NCBI RefSeq assembly: GCF_009914755.1
Contig: NC_060926.1
Strand: one strand, 5' to 3'
DNA from: the human T2T-CHM13v2.0 reference genome, Homo sapiens
Length of the DNA stretch: 64,000 nt
Shown here piece after piece: positions 46,496-60,720 of the stretch; positions within the stretch are counted from its first letter, which is position 1; every line of letters begins with the position of its first letter. The translations under genes and the position numbers were made by a program. The notes beneath the pieces were generated by a model, which was not told the origin of the DNA, did not search any database, and saw only the letters and a list, made by a program, of their open reading frames with translations.

Positions 46496-46803
46496 ATATA
46501 GAGAATAAAACAGTGGTTACCAGAGTTGGGATTGTAGGGATTGGGGGAGGGGCAAAGGGAGAGATGATGTGGGTCAAAGGATATGATCTAATGTACAACA
46601 TGAAGACTACAGATGATAATAGTGTATTATATTCAGGAATTTTGCTAAATAAGTAGCTTATAGCTTCTCTTGCCACAAGGAGTTGAAATGAGTAACAATG
46701 TGAGATGATAGATATGTTAGTTTGTTCCACTATAATAACCATTTTACTATATATGTATATTTTAAATATACATGATAAAATGTATTTTATAAATAAAAAA
46801 TAA
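46496..46803 (+). mobile_element. L1MA/MB 3' UTR
   Basis: gagaataaaacagtggttaccagag...gtcaaaggata...gatctaatgtacaacatg...aaataaaaaa. Confidence 0.75.
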
Positions 46804-47759
46804 CAGCTAATGAAAAGATTATTGGAATTTTGAACAGCATTTGTGAAATAATCATAGCTTTCTAAATGCAAGATTATAGCAACATACAGAAACTTCAAGC
46901 ATTTTCCAGTTTTTCTTCACAGTTTTCCATCTTTATTATCTATACAAAATATGTTAATACTTTTGAATGATTTTCAGAAAATAATTCTGAGACTGAAATC
47001 ATCATATTCAAGCTTTTTTTCCCAGAAGGATTTGTGTTTTGATCAACCATTTGGAAGGAGGTGTGAGCAGCCAAAATAAATATAGGCTAGGGTGGGAGGA
47101 GAAAAACAAGCGTTTTGTTTTTTATGTTTTAAAAATATATTCTGTGCACCTGAGTTGGGTTTTTGCTTTATTTCATTTTTCTTCCCTTTTTCAAATTACA
47201 TATAGGTAGGGGCAAATTTGGGCTAATCAATAAACAACTTTCTTTTCCCTCTCCTAAGACTGTTTTTTTTAGAGTTGCCATCACAACCGAAGATTCTATG
47301 TTGTTAAAATCTCTTAGTGATAGTCTCAGGTTAATACATTAGAAGGTAATGACTGCTTATAGAAACAACAGAGCAGCAAATCCATAACATGTTTGATTTT
47401 TAGGGATCACCAGTACCTCCAGATGTGTGACCCATCCATCTAGTTATCAATGGTAAATGTGCAACTAACAGATCTGGTCCCTGTGCCAACCAATGCCTAA
47501 GTAGGCTTTCCTGAACACACAGAAGGGGGATCACTGCCTTGTCAGCCTGTCTAAGCCCGATTAGCTCTCCTCCTCTTCTTCTGCCCAGTAAAAACAAGAG
47601 TCCAACTCATTTAAAGCTGAGATGAGGACAATAGGAGTCCTACAATTTCCAGAATCACCTTGAGAGCTGGTGAGGAACACAGATGGAAGAAATTGGTTGG
47701 GGATGCTCCTCTCTACCTTCAGTTCCATTCACTTTGGGCATTGAACATCTAAATATTAG

Positions 47760-48010
47760 TTAAGTTGTGCTCCCCTGCACCCCTACAGATCCTGACACTA
47801 TACCCCATCAGTTCTTACCCTGCTCTGTTGTTTCTATAAGCAGTCATTACCTTCTAATGTATCATATAATTGACTTATGTATTATGGTTGTTTATTGTCT
47901 AAGTCCTACTAGTATACATACTCTATGAAGGCAGGAGTCTTTTTGCCAATGGAGCCTCATCAGCTAGAACCTCTGACTCTCTGTTCCATTTGTTTATAGG
48001 AATGAATAGA
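47760..48010 (+). mobile_element. L2 3' end
   Basis: tgtttattgtct...ctctatgaaggcagga...gaatgaat. Confidence 0.6.
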
Positions 48011-48214
48011 AAATGTTACCATATTGGAAAGCTTGCTTTTTTCTTTAAAGTAAACTTTCTCTTCTGAGAAGCATTCCCTTAAGTGGACATAAACATTTTC
48101 TGATTCTGAAATAATCCTGCACATATACGATATACTTACACCATATACAATATAGCATATACAGGTATAATCATTATTTAATAGATATAATTTTATTACA
48201 TGTTAAACATATTA

Positions 48215-48990
48215 CATAGGCTATTACCAGCTGTTGCAAACTCAATTTTACTGGCTTAACAAAATACAAATTTCATTATTGTTCACGTAATAGTCCAAAC
48301 GTGGGTGTTTTTGGTCTGGAGTGGCACTCCCCCAGGTGATAATTTAGGCATCTAGACTTCTTCAATGTTATGGCTCTGCTGTTCCTTGAGCTCCTCAGTC
48401 ATTAGTATCCACCTGGATGAAGCAAAAGAGATGGCTTCTTAATTGTTTTGACCATCTTGGTTACTTCAAGTAACACACATCACTTCCAATATTATTCTAT
48501 TGATCAGAACTGTCAAATGGCTCCCCCTGGGTGCAATAGTTTGTACAGTCTCTGGTTGGCAGCTACTTCCTAGGAACAGCTCTACACTATGGTAGGGGAA
48601 TCATGAATTTTAATGGATTTTTAACCATTTTCTGCTATATTTCATGATCAAGCTTTCCTGTAGCATACTTCCCCATTGACCAGCTGTATTAGTGATACTA
48701 ATGATTATAACAGTGTGCTGTTATAATTATGCATAACAGTCAGAAGAATATAATGGCTAATGCATGTCAATATCTTTGGCTGTGCTCAACCTCGGACCAT
48801 TGGTCATGTTCAGGTTTACTTCAAATGTCTCTCTTTCTGAGGCCTAGACTAAGTAGCAACAGCACTTGGGCCACACTTTTCTCATGAGCATGGTTGAAAG
48901 AGGCCAAAGCAAAACACACATATCTAAATTTTTAGATATAGAACAGATTAGCTCTGCTCTAATTTCATTGGTCAAAGGAAGTATTATTAT
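48215..48990 (-). mobile_element. Old MLT1 (J/K-like) LTR fragments
   Basis: tggcttaacaaaataca; cacatcacttcc...attctattgatcagaactgtca; catttcattggtcaaag-like motifs. Confidence 0.45.
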
Positions 48991-49124
48991 CTACATGGGA
49001 AATGTCATCTGGAATGCTTGTTTTCTCCATCTGTCTACTTAATAGCCACCTATTAAAGATTTACAAAATCTTGCCATTGTTTAAAGATTTGTTTACCTTC
49101 TGGACATCAAATATCCTTTTTCTG

Positions 49125-49520
49125 TTCCTTCCATCCATCTATCAATCCATCCATCCTTTCATAAATTATTTAATGCTTGCCTTCTATGTGTCAAGCATTA
49201 GTTTACACCATGAAGATATAGCATGAATAAGATCTTCAAAAGGTCTCCAATTTCATGAAGCTTTTATTTTATTTTTTATGTATGCATGTTTGTATGTATG
49301 TTTGTATGTATGTTTTTCCAGGACTACCAAGCAAGAATGGAGCTTATGTTTTAGTGGAGAAAATAGATGTGTGAGACAAAACATAAATATAATTTCAGAT
49401 ATTACTATATTATGAATAAATGGAAATAGGGAAATACAACTATATAGAGGAAGGAGCAACATTAAATAGTTGGTGAGGGAGAACCTTTCTAAATAATTGA
49501 GCTGAGAATAAAACAGCCAT
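49125..49520 (-). mobile_element. L2 3' end with (TCCA)n and (TGTA)n
   Basis: ccatccatcc...tatttaatgcttgccttctatgtgtcaagcat. Confidence 0.55.
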
Positions 49521-50068
49521 GTATTTATAATCAAATATGTCATTCTAATGAGGGTCACAATACCAAAAGAATCTGTTAAGCTTCTCCCTTTTGTTTTATT
49601 TCATTTTTCTCCCTGGCATCCATTTATCATGTTTAAGTTGTCAGGTTAATATAAAAAGGGCTAAGTAGAATAGACTAGGCTGATTGCCAGGGTCTACAAT
49701 GTGCCCAGTTATTTTAAAATTAGGTGGAATCACATTGTTTGGAGGGCCTTTATGTTTCTAACAAAGCTACAATTAAGGAAGTAAAGTTGAATAATGTTGC
49801 CCAATGCATTAGAGTACAAATTTAAAAGATCCAGAGAAAAATGAACAAGGATCCTCAGAAATATTTCTCCCTTTCCCTGGTTTTTCTGCTCTGCCTGTGT
49901 ACTGCTTTGGGGATTGATTGGTTCGATCCTATGATATGACCCTCCAGGGAGTGGTCTGGCTGTGGAGGAGGGCTGGATCTGTCAACTAACATTCAAGGTG
50001 TTTTGCATTATTAAGAACTAGCCATGGATGTAATAAAGTGAGTATTTGAGATTTCCAACCTTAGCTTC

Positions 50069-50610
50069 ATATTAATCTCTCATTGCTGCTATAAAAGTAT
50101 GTGTATCACAAACTTAGTGGCTGAAAACAATACTTGTATTATCTAATAATTCTGTCTAACATGAGTCTCACTGAGCTAAAATCAAGGTGTCAGCATGTCT
50201 ATATTTACTTTTAGAGGCTTTAGGGGAAACCCTTTGTCCATTTTTCCAGCTTCTTTAGCTGCATATACTTCTTGTGGAAATCAGTAAATGATAGCATTTC
50301 TGATTGGTTTATGACCCCCGTCCTCCATCTTTAAAGCCCAGCAGCGACTGGTCACATTCTCATGTCGCATCTTGCTCACTCTGCTTCCACTGTCCTCTCT
50401 CTCCAATAACAGCCAGGGAACAGGTTCCCTGTTGTAAAGATTCCTGTGATTAGACTGGACTCATCTGGACAATCCAGGCTAATCTCCCCATCTCAAAGTC
50501 CTTAACCATAATCACATCTGTTGAGTTCTCTTTGCTTTGTAATGTAGTCACAGGCTGCAGGTTTTAGGCTATGGACATTTTCGGGGGGTGCCATTGTTCT
50601 ATCTTCCATA
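50069..50610 (-). mobile_element. MLT1D-like solo LTR
   Basis: cacaaacttagtggctgaaaacaa...aaatcaaggtgtcagca...ggacattttcggggggtgccatt. Confidence 0.78.
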
Positions 50611-51899
50611 GCTTCTCTTTAAATTTATGGTTGCAGCTTCCTCTACGATGAGAGGCATCACCAGACAGAGCCATTCTGTAATGGGATTAACCTGATTTCT
50701 GGGAAAGGGCAAGAAGAACACTCATGTTTTCCTATCACTATGATACAACTTGGCTTTTGACAAAGAACTCCATACATCTGGGGGCTGAGTACACTGTGAC
50801 ACGTTACCAGAAAGCTCCAGCTTGTTTACTTTGGGTAACTGGAGTTTTAGTCACTCCTTGAGGATATTTTATGACAACCTGGAGAAATTGTTTTTATTAT
50901 ATTAGGAGGTGGAGGCTGTCTTTTTTCTCTCTCTTCCTCTCTGTTTATGTTTTAGAATTATCCCCTTCTGTCCTTTTGATGGATTTGAAATTGTTCCTGG
51001 GAGGAAATGCTGGTGATAATTCTAATTTCAGCTGCTCTTGCTCTGGGGACTTATTTGAGTCTTGTCTTTGATATTGTGCTTCTCTAATCATAATCCTGAC
51101 TTTCTGAAATATGAGTGTCAGTAGAGAAAAAGCTTGCCAACTCCATCGCTCATTTATCATGGAGAGGATGCTTTTAAGGAAGGTCTTAAATGAAGGCATT
51201 GTACAAATGCCAAAAAAAAAAAAATGTGCTATGTCTGGGGATTAGGAGAAGCTTCCCATTGTCTGACCTCAATTAGAAAAAGCAGAAATATTTCTAAGGA
51301 TTGCTTCTGAGATGCCTGAAGTGGCTTACTGGATATTGGAGTTAACTCTCTCCTAAGCTGAAGATTTTTGCCTTTAGTGATCCAGTAACCTCATTCCTTT
51401 ACTTCTTTTCAGAAACTCCTCATGAATTTTTGTAGGACACTCTCCTCAGGACCCATGGTTCGATTTAAACCTGTTTTTACTGGAAGTGAGGAGAAGTCAT
51501 TATGTATCAAATAAATGGAAGGAATTTTAAAAGCTCTAAAAACACACAAACAAAATATTAAAATATTAGATTGAAATGAAGTGGGGCTTTCAATTTTTTT
51601 CATTATACTCCCAAAAGGAGCTTTATAAGGTATATTTTTCCTAGTCACCCTACCATAAAATTTTAATGCTACAGATATACAATATATCTGTTCATGTGCT
51701 GTATATATATATCTATGCTTTATACATGAAAAGAAAGAGATATTTTGCCCCTTTCCCAAGAACCAAATTTCATCCTGTTGGAGAAGATATTGCCTGCATT
51801 AGGAATGCATGATGTAAACTGAAGGGGCATATTTTACTTTATCTCCTCCTCAATTTCATATTATAGTTGCTTATTTTAAAAGTAAAGCCTCATTATCAC

Positions 51900-52380
51900 A
51901 AGGAGATCATAATATATTACATATGCAAAAAAGAATATGTAAAGAATAGCCATTACCCACCTCCCTTTCCAAGTCATAGACAAATTTTTCAATCCATCAA
52001 GATACCTTTCTATACACTTACATATATATGCATAATAGACACTTACTTTACAAAAATATAATTTTGTAAATGTTGACCATTTTTTCTATGCCAATAGGCA
52101 TATTATCACAACATTATTTTTATTGCAGAGTACTTTATTGTATAGTTATAAGGGTCTTGTTAATTTAGATATACAATATTCTTCTCAGATATTTATGTTG
52201 TTTCTAACATACTTTGAGAGAAACACTATGACATAGAGCATACCATATCTTTGGACATATCTTTTCAAATATGACTGAATATTGTCTTGAGATCCATGCC
52301 TGCAAGTACAATCTTCCAGGCAAGGACATTGAGCTTTTCAAAGAATTTGATACATGATGCTAAATTGCCCACCTAAACAG
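51900..52380 (-). mobile_element. Very old L1ME-like 3' fragment
   Basis: tgcagagtactttattgtatag...tttgatacatgatgctaaattgccc. Confidence 0.45.
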
Positions 52381-52825
52381 CTTGGCTTATTTTAAAGAAC
52401 CATAATCATAGCAAAATTTGAATAGGCTTTGGTAAATTCAGTGGGATCTTTCCTATCAATAGTATATTGCATTTATATCCAGATGATTGGGCATATTTTT
52501 AGAGGGTATAATTGATCAATTGGAACAGAAACTCTGGCACAAGCAGGAGCTGGAAGGATATTTGTGATGTGCTCAGAATTTTACATGTGTAACTTGGCTC
52601 AGCAAAACTATAGGGGCTTGGGGAAACAAAGGAGCAGGGAAAATGGTTTTAATCCAAGTTGGTTTTTGTTTAATCCATTCTAATTTTTATTATTTTAAAA
52701 TTGTCCACATATTCCATCCTAGCTTTTATAAATAAATTTGCTGTAGAAGTCAGAGATGGAAGAGATGCAGGCAACAAAGGACCTTTCCAAAACGTTTTTT
52801 TTTTTTTTTTTGGTGGCTTCTCATG

Positions 52826-53590
52826 AATTCATCAATTCAACAAATATTTATTAAGCAATTAGTCTATGACAGGCATTGCTGCAGGCCTGGAGCATGCAGC
52901 CATGCCTAAAAACAAGTCTCTACTATCGTGGAACTTATGTTCTCGTGGGAAGAGGCAGCGATATTACAGTAAACATAAGTAAATATGATGGCAGTTAGTG
53001 ACAAGTGCTATGAAGATAAATAAGTAATTAGGGGGACGACAGACAGGGGGATGACCATTTTGAATAAGGTGGTCATGAGAAACCCTCAGTGATGAGGTGA
53101 TATTTGACCTGAATTGAAAAGAAGTAATGAAGCAAGCCATGTACATCGCTGGGGGAAGCACATTCCAGACAGAGGGAAGAGTTAGTACAAGGTCTGAGAT
53201 TACAGCATGCTTGGCAGTTAGGAATAGGAAGGAAGCCAGAGGTGGCTGGAACAGAGTGAACCTGGAAGAAAGGCACAAAAGATGAAGTTGGAAGGACGGG
53301 CAAGGGTTAGTCAACTCATGGCATTATAAGACCCACTAGGGATTCCATGTGCCTCATATTTTGAGGCCATTCATTCAACACATATTTTAAAGTTCCTGCT
53401 GTACTCCAGGCCCTTGGATAGACAGTGGGTATCTACAGGGGATAAAGACAGGCAGGGCTGGCATGGAGTAAGCATTCCAGGGGAGGAAACACAGAGGCAT
53501 AGAGGCAGCTATAGTTTATTGTGATCATGCTATTATAGGTGAAATAGAGGCTTTAGCTGGAGCCCAAGAGTAACAATTCACCCAGATAGT
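52826..53590 (-). mobile_element. Two L2 3' ends (52826..~53340 and ~53368..53590)
   Basis: attcaacaaatatttattaagca; cattcattcaacacatatttt. Confidence 0.7.
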
Positions 53591-54954
53591 TGCAGTGTAA
53601 AAATCAGTATGTTTTTAATAAAATGATTCTTTTTTATTTTAGTAGCCTGCACATATCATTCTATATTTCTGTATTATATGTATCATGTTATGTTGACAGT
53701 AAATGTTAAATCATGTGCTCATCTGGATGGGGTCCTGGAATTAGGGGCTATATATTTTTTTTTTCATGTTTGCTTCAATTCATGGCAATGAAATCAAGAG
53801 GAAAAAGAAATCACTGAATCTGGCTTCCTGTCTCTCAAAAAGTTCTGGACCTAACTGGAACTTAGTTAAATGATTAGAATGTTAAGAAAAGCTCACTGAA
53901 AATCTGGAAGACAGAGTGGGGCAGGAGGGAGTGGGAGCTGCAATTTGGATCCACTGGTGCTTTTCCTACTTGTTTTGTCAGTTGTGAGTCTCACTTGCTG
54001 GTAAATAGTTAGAAATTATATGTGTTTTGTTTCCCCTTTAAATGGTAAATTCACTGGGGGAAAGAACAGTTTCTGCTATTGCTTTGTGTGGGCATATGAC
54101 AAATGACACACAAATGAGGAAAAACAATTCTTCCCATTGGAATCTGTTCACAGAAATACATAGAAACATTCTAGAAATCCAGGGCATGTGGCTTCCTGAT
54201 TGTTCTAAGGGCACTTACTGTATGTGTTCAATGTCTCAATTATCTCTATGAATTTAGGAATTTCTGTTATTGTTTTAAACGGCTTGCTGGGGTATGCCCT
54301 TGAAAGCTTTTATTTTCTGGTCTAAGTACTGTGTACTTAAGGGTGATTGTGGGAGAATTTTAGGACATGGGTTTGATTGCAAAGGATCCATATCTCCAAG
54401 GTAACACCAAAATTCCTATTGGCTGAGAACAATTTGTCTTCCCTGCCTGGGTTTTTGTGCTATTTGAAAAGCATTGTAAGGGCAAATTTGCTTGGAACAT
54501 ACAGAGTCGAAGTGGAAGAGGCTGCACTATTCCCAATTACCTCATGCACTTGTTCTGTATAGTTTGTACCTGCTGAGAAACCCAGGACACCACCCCAAAC
54601 CTCGCTCCTGTTAAGATTAACTTCCTCTCATGTTAGAGCTTTCTACTTGTGCGTTTCCAGCATCACACTACTTTATAATTGTTTTGTCGGTACCTAAATT
54701 GCCAGCTTAGCTCGGGTGTACTTTGACAGCATCTTTTCTCTTACTTCAATAGTGACAAGCTGTTGCAGATTATCACATTATCATTTGTCCTTCCTATTTG
54801 GATAAGATGTCTGATGATGAGACAAGATCTCCCCACTTACCCACTTCATGGCAAAATATTTCTGAAATGAAATTAACAAAAGATGTTTAGAAGGAATGAA
54901 CAGTGTAAAAGTCTGCATCTTTTTATGTGTAACTTTGCAAAAGATTCTAATTTT

Positions 54955-55460
54955 ATTATCAAGCAGGCACTGTGCTTGGAGCTGGGGCTCCAGAAGTGAG
55001 AGAGACAAACACAGTCTCTCTATCTAAAGGAGAAGGACATTAAGCAAGCAGTAACACAAATAAACATGCACCTAGAGATGGTGGCAAGAAACAGGGGAGG
55101 GTTCCAAAGAAGATTATTCTTAGATTGATTTTCCAGAGAAGAGGTCCTTGAGTGAACATTAAACTAAGACTTAGAGGTTAAGTAGCAAGGGAGGCAGGGG
55201 AGTGAAGAGAAAGGTCTTCCAGCTGTAGGAAGCATTTGACAAAAGAGCCTGGTGTTGGGAAATCACTTTTTTCGTCTGAATCACTGAAAGAGAAGCCTCT
55301 GGCTGCAGGGAGTTATCAAAGGGGTGAGCATTGTGAGATGTGGCTGGAGAAAGAGAGGGAAGCCAGGTCATAGAAGGCTATGTGTACTGTAATAACTATG
55401 GGAGAACATTGGAGGGGTAAAGGAATGGGTTCGTGACATGGTCACAGCTAATTGATTACA
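54955..55460 (-). mobile_element. L2 fragment
   Basis: caggcactgtgcttggagctgggg...gagatgtggctggaga...gccaggtcatagaaggc. Confidence 0.6.
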
Positions 55461-56640
55461 GTATTTACAATTTTATATATGAAGGATCTTCATAGTGATC
55501 ACAAAGCAGAACATTTCTTGATATATAGGAGGGAGAGAGAAGGAGAGAGAGACATACATGCATATATGCATGCATACACATGTGTTTGTGTATCCATATT
55601 CAAATTCAAATTCAAATTTGAGTTTGAAAATGTACTTTCAAATTAGTTTTAGAGTGATTTCTTTAAATTCCTGTTAATATTACTCAAATTGTCTATGTGT
55701 TGAAGTTTAATTTTTAGGTTAATATCCCATCCTGACTTTGAGTTAGATGTTTAAGGTATGACTTGGGGGTGGGAAAAGCCACACGGGGAATAATCTGTGG
55801 ACTGTAATCTGAGAATATTGCAGACTGGGTGAACTGTAATGTCTCTCTCCTTTCTTATAGTTTAGACTCAGAATCCATGTCATCTTGATGGCATTTATTA
55901 TAAAGAAAACAAACTTAGATCTAAAACTAAAACCAAAGAATAGCCTCTGAAGTTTTCATAACTATTTAAATAATAATAAATTCACAAATAGCCCATGACT
56001 CCAGCTAAGGCAAGGAAGACTAAGGTCTCCTTGGGGATGTTGCTTCTGTGTGGCCCACTGTGGTCCTGACTCTTCAGAGCCCTGTCTCTGAGATAACACT
56101 TTTCCCTGAAATTACTGTGGATTAAATAGAACCTCCAAATAATGTGAAAAAAAAGAGCAAAACTGATTTAAGGCCTTGAGTTCAAAAGTCAAGGATTAGA
56201 TTTTTCCATTGTCCACTGCTACTTCTGCTTGTGTTGTGTTTTTAGTAACCCCTAAGAGCTCAGAACCAAAAAATACCAGTGTCTGGTCCCTGTGGTCAGT
56301 GAGATTCTAACATGGATCAAGCTACTCTGTCCTAGACGAAACCATTTTCCTCATCTGAATATAGAGAAAGGTAAACAGAACTTACATAAAAGACCAACTA
56401 AAGAGTATTGGGTCATTGGGACTAAATTAAAATTGTGCACAAACAAAAAAATCTTTTCTCTTTTCCCACCTAACTCTTCAAGAATGAAGGTACACTGCAT
56501 GGGGATAATAGAACACCTGCAATATCTGAAGGTGAACTGCATAAATATAAAAAAAAAAAACATGCTCACTATCTGCATGTCCTCATAATGAGCCATCTCA
56601 GTTTTTAGAAATATTCTCTATTTTTTTAACAATCTAGTCA

Positions 56641-57006
<366 letters not shown>

Positions 57007-57514
57007 GTTTTAATAAAAATTGTTAATCTGTTGAATTTTCTATTGTCATGCATATGCTGTGATTTACTCCACTTTGTGATTTTTAGTTGCACCTTCAATT
57101 AAAACTCACTTAAGGGAAATCATTTTTAAAAAACTGATAAGAAAACTAAGATTATCAATACTAAAATGGTAATATCCCAAAAGTTCCAGTAACTACATAT
57201 TTTTAAAACACATGTTGCTTTTTTTGTTCAAAGTAAATCCATTTCTATTACCTTCACATACATGGGCTATAAACCTAATGCAGAAGGAAACTGACATATT
57301 GGTCTCATAGTTCAATGAACATAGAATCTGTATTTATTGGCAAAATCACTCATTTTACAATTTCCCAGAGCTGGTAGATTCTTTGGTATTGGCAGCATTA
57401 ATTTTTATAGCTCTGTGATAGATAAATGTGAAGTATGTGTAAAAGCATATGCTCTCCTATCTTCCAATGTAGTCAGAGATAATTCTCCATGTATAGCAAT
57501 ATAATTGATAATGA

Positions 57515-57730
57515 TACTTGATTCTACATTTTAAGCCCTTCCTATATCCCAGGCAGTATGCTAAATACTTCAGGTAGAATGTCTTTTTAAATCCTCACAT
57601 GCATATATGAATAAGCATCATTATATCCATTTAACAGTTGAGCTCAACAAGGCTTCGTAAAGTTAGAGTTGACTTTCCCAAGGTTATACAACTACTAAAT
57701 TGGGATTCAAATTCAGACTAATTTGACTTA
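57515..57730 (-). mobile_element. MIR
   Basis: tttaaatcctcac...tgactttcccaaggttatacaact...gggattcaaattcag. Confidence 0.65.
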
Positions 57731-57837
57731 TGGAAGAGTATTGGTAGTGTTTTAAAAAACGGTAAAAAAATGCCCTTAACAATATATTTGTAAAACAAAT
57801 ATGCACCATCATATATAGAGGCAAATTAGTCTTTTTG

Positions 57838-58055
57838 ACAGTATGGTGACTAGAGCCAGCTCACCCATGTTCACACAGTTTCTGCCACTTGGACAAGTAA
57901 TTCAATTTCTCTATAACTATATTTTAATGTCTGTAAAACAGAGTTTATAATTGTACCTACCTCATAGGGATGTTGTAAGGATTACATGAAATAATCCCCC
58001 CAAAGCGCATTGTCTGATACAAATAAAGCATTTGATAAATAGTGGCTATTATTAT
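57838..58055 (+). mobile_element. MIR
   Basis: ttggacaagtaattcaatttctct...tctgtaaaa...gtacctacctcatagggatgttgtaaggatta. Confidence 0.7.
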
Positions 58056-58777
58056 GCATTATTATCATTATTACTATTATTACTGAAGTTACAGTTCCAC
58101 TAAAGGAAATGTTAGCACACAACTTCAATGAAGTTGGATGAAATGTTTTATGGCTGTGTAATTCCATGCTGCTTCCTCTGTGATCTCAGGTACTTAAGAA
58201 GATCACAAACATTTCTGTCTTTTTATCACAACCAGGACAGACTTCCAAAGGATAATCCTCAGTAGACTGTATCTATGAAACGGCAGGGATTCAGCTTCTA
58301 CAGAGTTGACTGCCCCAAGGACAGGAGAAATGTTCCAATCATTAATCGGATTTTTCTCCCAACTTACTTTTCTTTAAGATAATATCCCCCTGGGTTGAAT
58401 CCAAATTAATTGTGCTTTTATTGGGTGCTTAGCATCATGCATTTTCCATGGACACTTTTGTGCTGTCACATTTCTTTCCCTTAAGACTTAGGAAATCAAC
58501 TTGGTAACTTCCTTTCACTGTAGGTAGAAATTCTGCAAGTGACAGCTACAGTGAACTTGTAAAGAAAACTTGCTGATGGCTTCAAAATATTTGGGCAAAG
58601 AGAAAAAAGAGTTATCAACCACTGGTTTAATAGCTCAGCAATCCCTAAGTTTTAAATGTGCATATTGTTTTCCTTAGCTTGGACTTCTAGTGTTTGATTG
58701 ACCACTGGGTGGAGGTGATTGGCATGCTGAGATAAAACCACTCATAGATCTCTCGGTTTGAGGAACTTACAGTAATA

Positions 58778-58804
58778 TGTGTGTGTGTGTGTGTGCGTGT
58801 GTGT
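58778..58804. repeat. (TG)n microsatellite
   Basis: Directly visible. Confidence 0.9.
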
Positions 58805-58813
58805 TTGCATATA

Positions 58814-59162
58814 CAGTCATGCATTGCTTAACAATAAGGATGCTTTCTGAGAAAATGTGTCATTAGGCAATTTCGTTGTCATGGGAACATGATAGAGTGT
58901 ACTTACCCAAACCCAGACGGCATAGCTTTGTACACACCTAGGCCATAAGGTAGAGCCTGTTGCTCCTAGGCTACAAACCTGTATAGCATGTCACAATATT
59001 GAGTACTGCAGGAAATGGTAACACAATGGTAAGTATCTGCATATCTAAACATATATAAACATAGAGAAGGTAGAGTAAAAATATGGTATTATAATCTTAT
59101 GAGACCACAGTTGTATATGGGATCCATAGCTGACTGCACCCTTATTATGTGGCACATAAACT
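58814..59162. mobile_element. Tigger3a/MER7-like TcMar DNA transposon (~350 bp)
   Basis: ta|cagtcatgcattgcttaac terminus; ttgctcctaggctacaaacctgta; degenerate inverted end ttatgtggcacataaact. Confidence 0.8.
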
Positions 59163-60424
59163 TTCATTAAAGAAATGAAAGTGGAGGAAAGAAAAAAAGA
59201 AAATTTGAAGGGATATATAAGAAAGAGATTTGAAAACTTTGAATCATTATACACTTATAGTTTATTATCCCATGAACAGTTATTTATAGTAATTATTGAT
59301 TGATTGCCTATTGGGAGCAAGTTGCTGTGTACAGTTTGCTGGGACTTTTAAAAAGATAAATTAATTCTCCCTTCAGAAAGCTCATAGCCTTTGAGAGAGA
59401 AGCTGATAATCAAGTACAAGGTAAAAATGAGGAAGTTCACAAGAAAGAAAGAGATGAAGCCCAAAGTGAGGGGCAGAGGGTGGGGCAAGAAGAAGAAGAG
59501 AAGGAGGAGGAAGGGGAGGAGCTGGTGATGTTTGAGCTGGACCTGAAAGGATGGGAAGGGTCTTATTTAGGGTAGGATGGTACAAGAACAGGGGAAATGT
59601 CTCAGTAAAGTCTGAACATACACATATCTAATAAGTGTGTGGAACAGTGGTAGTTTGGTTTGGCCAGAGTGAAGGGCATATGAAGAAGCCAAGGGGAAAA
59701 AGGATGGAAACTATTTTGGGTTATGATCAGAGGTCTGGCATGCTATTAGAGGAAGAAAAATCATACTGGCTGTGGCATATTTTGCAGTAATTCTTTACTA
59801 CTTCAGAGCAATCCCACATGGCATCACTTTCATACATAGGAAGGATGAGAGTTATGAAGGAGTTTTAGGATATTTTTATTCCCTATATTGCTAGTGATAG
59901 TCTTTCAAATGGTCTTGCTATATTAAGCTTTATAACTACACAGGAGGTTTTTTGCCAGAAAATGATTGTTTTAATCTCAAATTTGTGGTCTGGGATTATG
60001 CTTACAAAGTCATTAGACCTTAAGTGTTTTATATATTGCAAAATCTAACTTGTGATTTCCCTCTGCCCTGTCCCTTCATGCCTTCCCTTGACCTTTACTT
60101 AAAGTATAAGGGAACTGAAAGAGGAAAATTTTAATTTCTCAGTTAATTTTTCTAACCTTTCTTTTTGGCAAGTAAAATATTTAACCTGCCTCAATTTTTC
60201 CACATGGATAATGTTGAGTATTCCTTCACTGACCACTCTCACCACTCTCCTTTTATTTATTTTGCCATTATTACCACTCTTTATTAGTCTCATCATCCTG
60301 CTTCTTCAAGACTATTTGAGGAAATGACAAATTATAGGGGTGCTCATGACTCTTTAGTGTTATTACAAAATACCCCAAATTCTGAATGCCGATTCTAATA
60401 CTGTCAAAGGTCTATAAGTCACTC

Positions 60425-60720
60425 AGCAGTGAACAAAGATTTACCAAGAATCTGTGATATTCTAGTCACTTTACCCTAATGATTTAGCTAAGATCAAGAC
60501 AGACAAGGAACCATTATTGTCATGCAGATTATAGTCAAGTGGGGAAAAGGGAAATACCTAAACTGGCACCAATAAGCTCACATAAACCAATGGAGAGGAA
60601 AACAAGAGAAATATCCAACAGGGATAAGTTCTGATTGGATGTGCATAGAAGACTTCTTTGAAGAGGTAACATTTATGCTGAGATCTGAGTGACACAAAGA
60701 AGTCAGCATTGTATAGGAGA
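60425..60720 (-). mobile_element. L2 fragment, resuming briefly after the LTR at ~61392
   Basis: aacaaagatttaccaagaatc...gaagaggtaacatttatgctgagatctgagtga. Confidence 0.55.
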
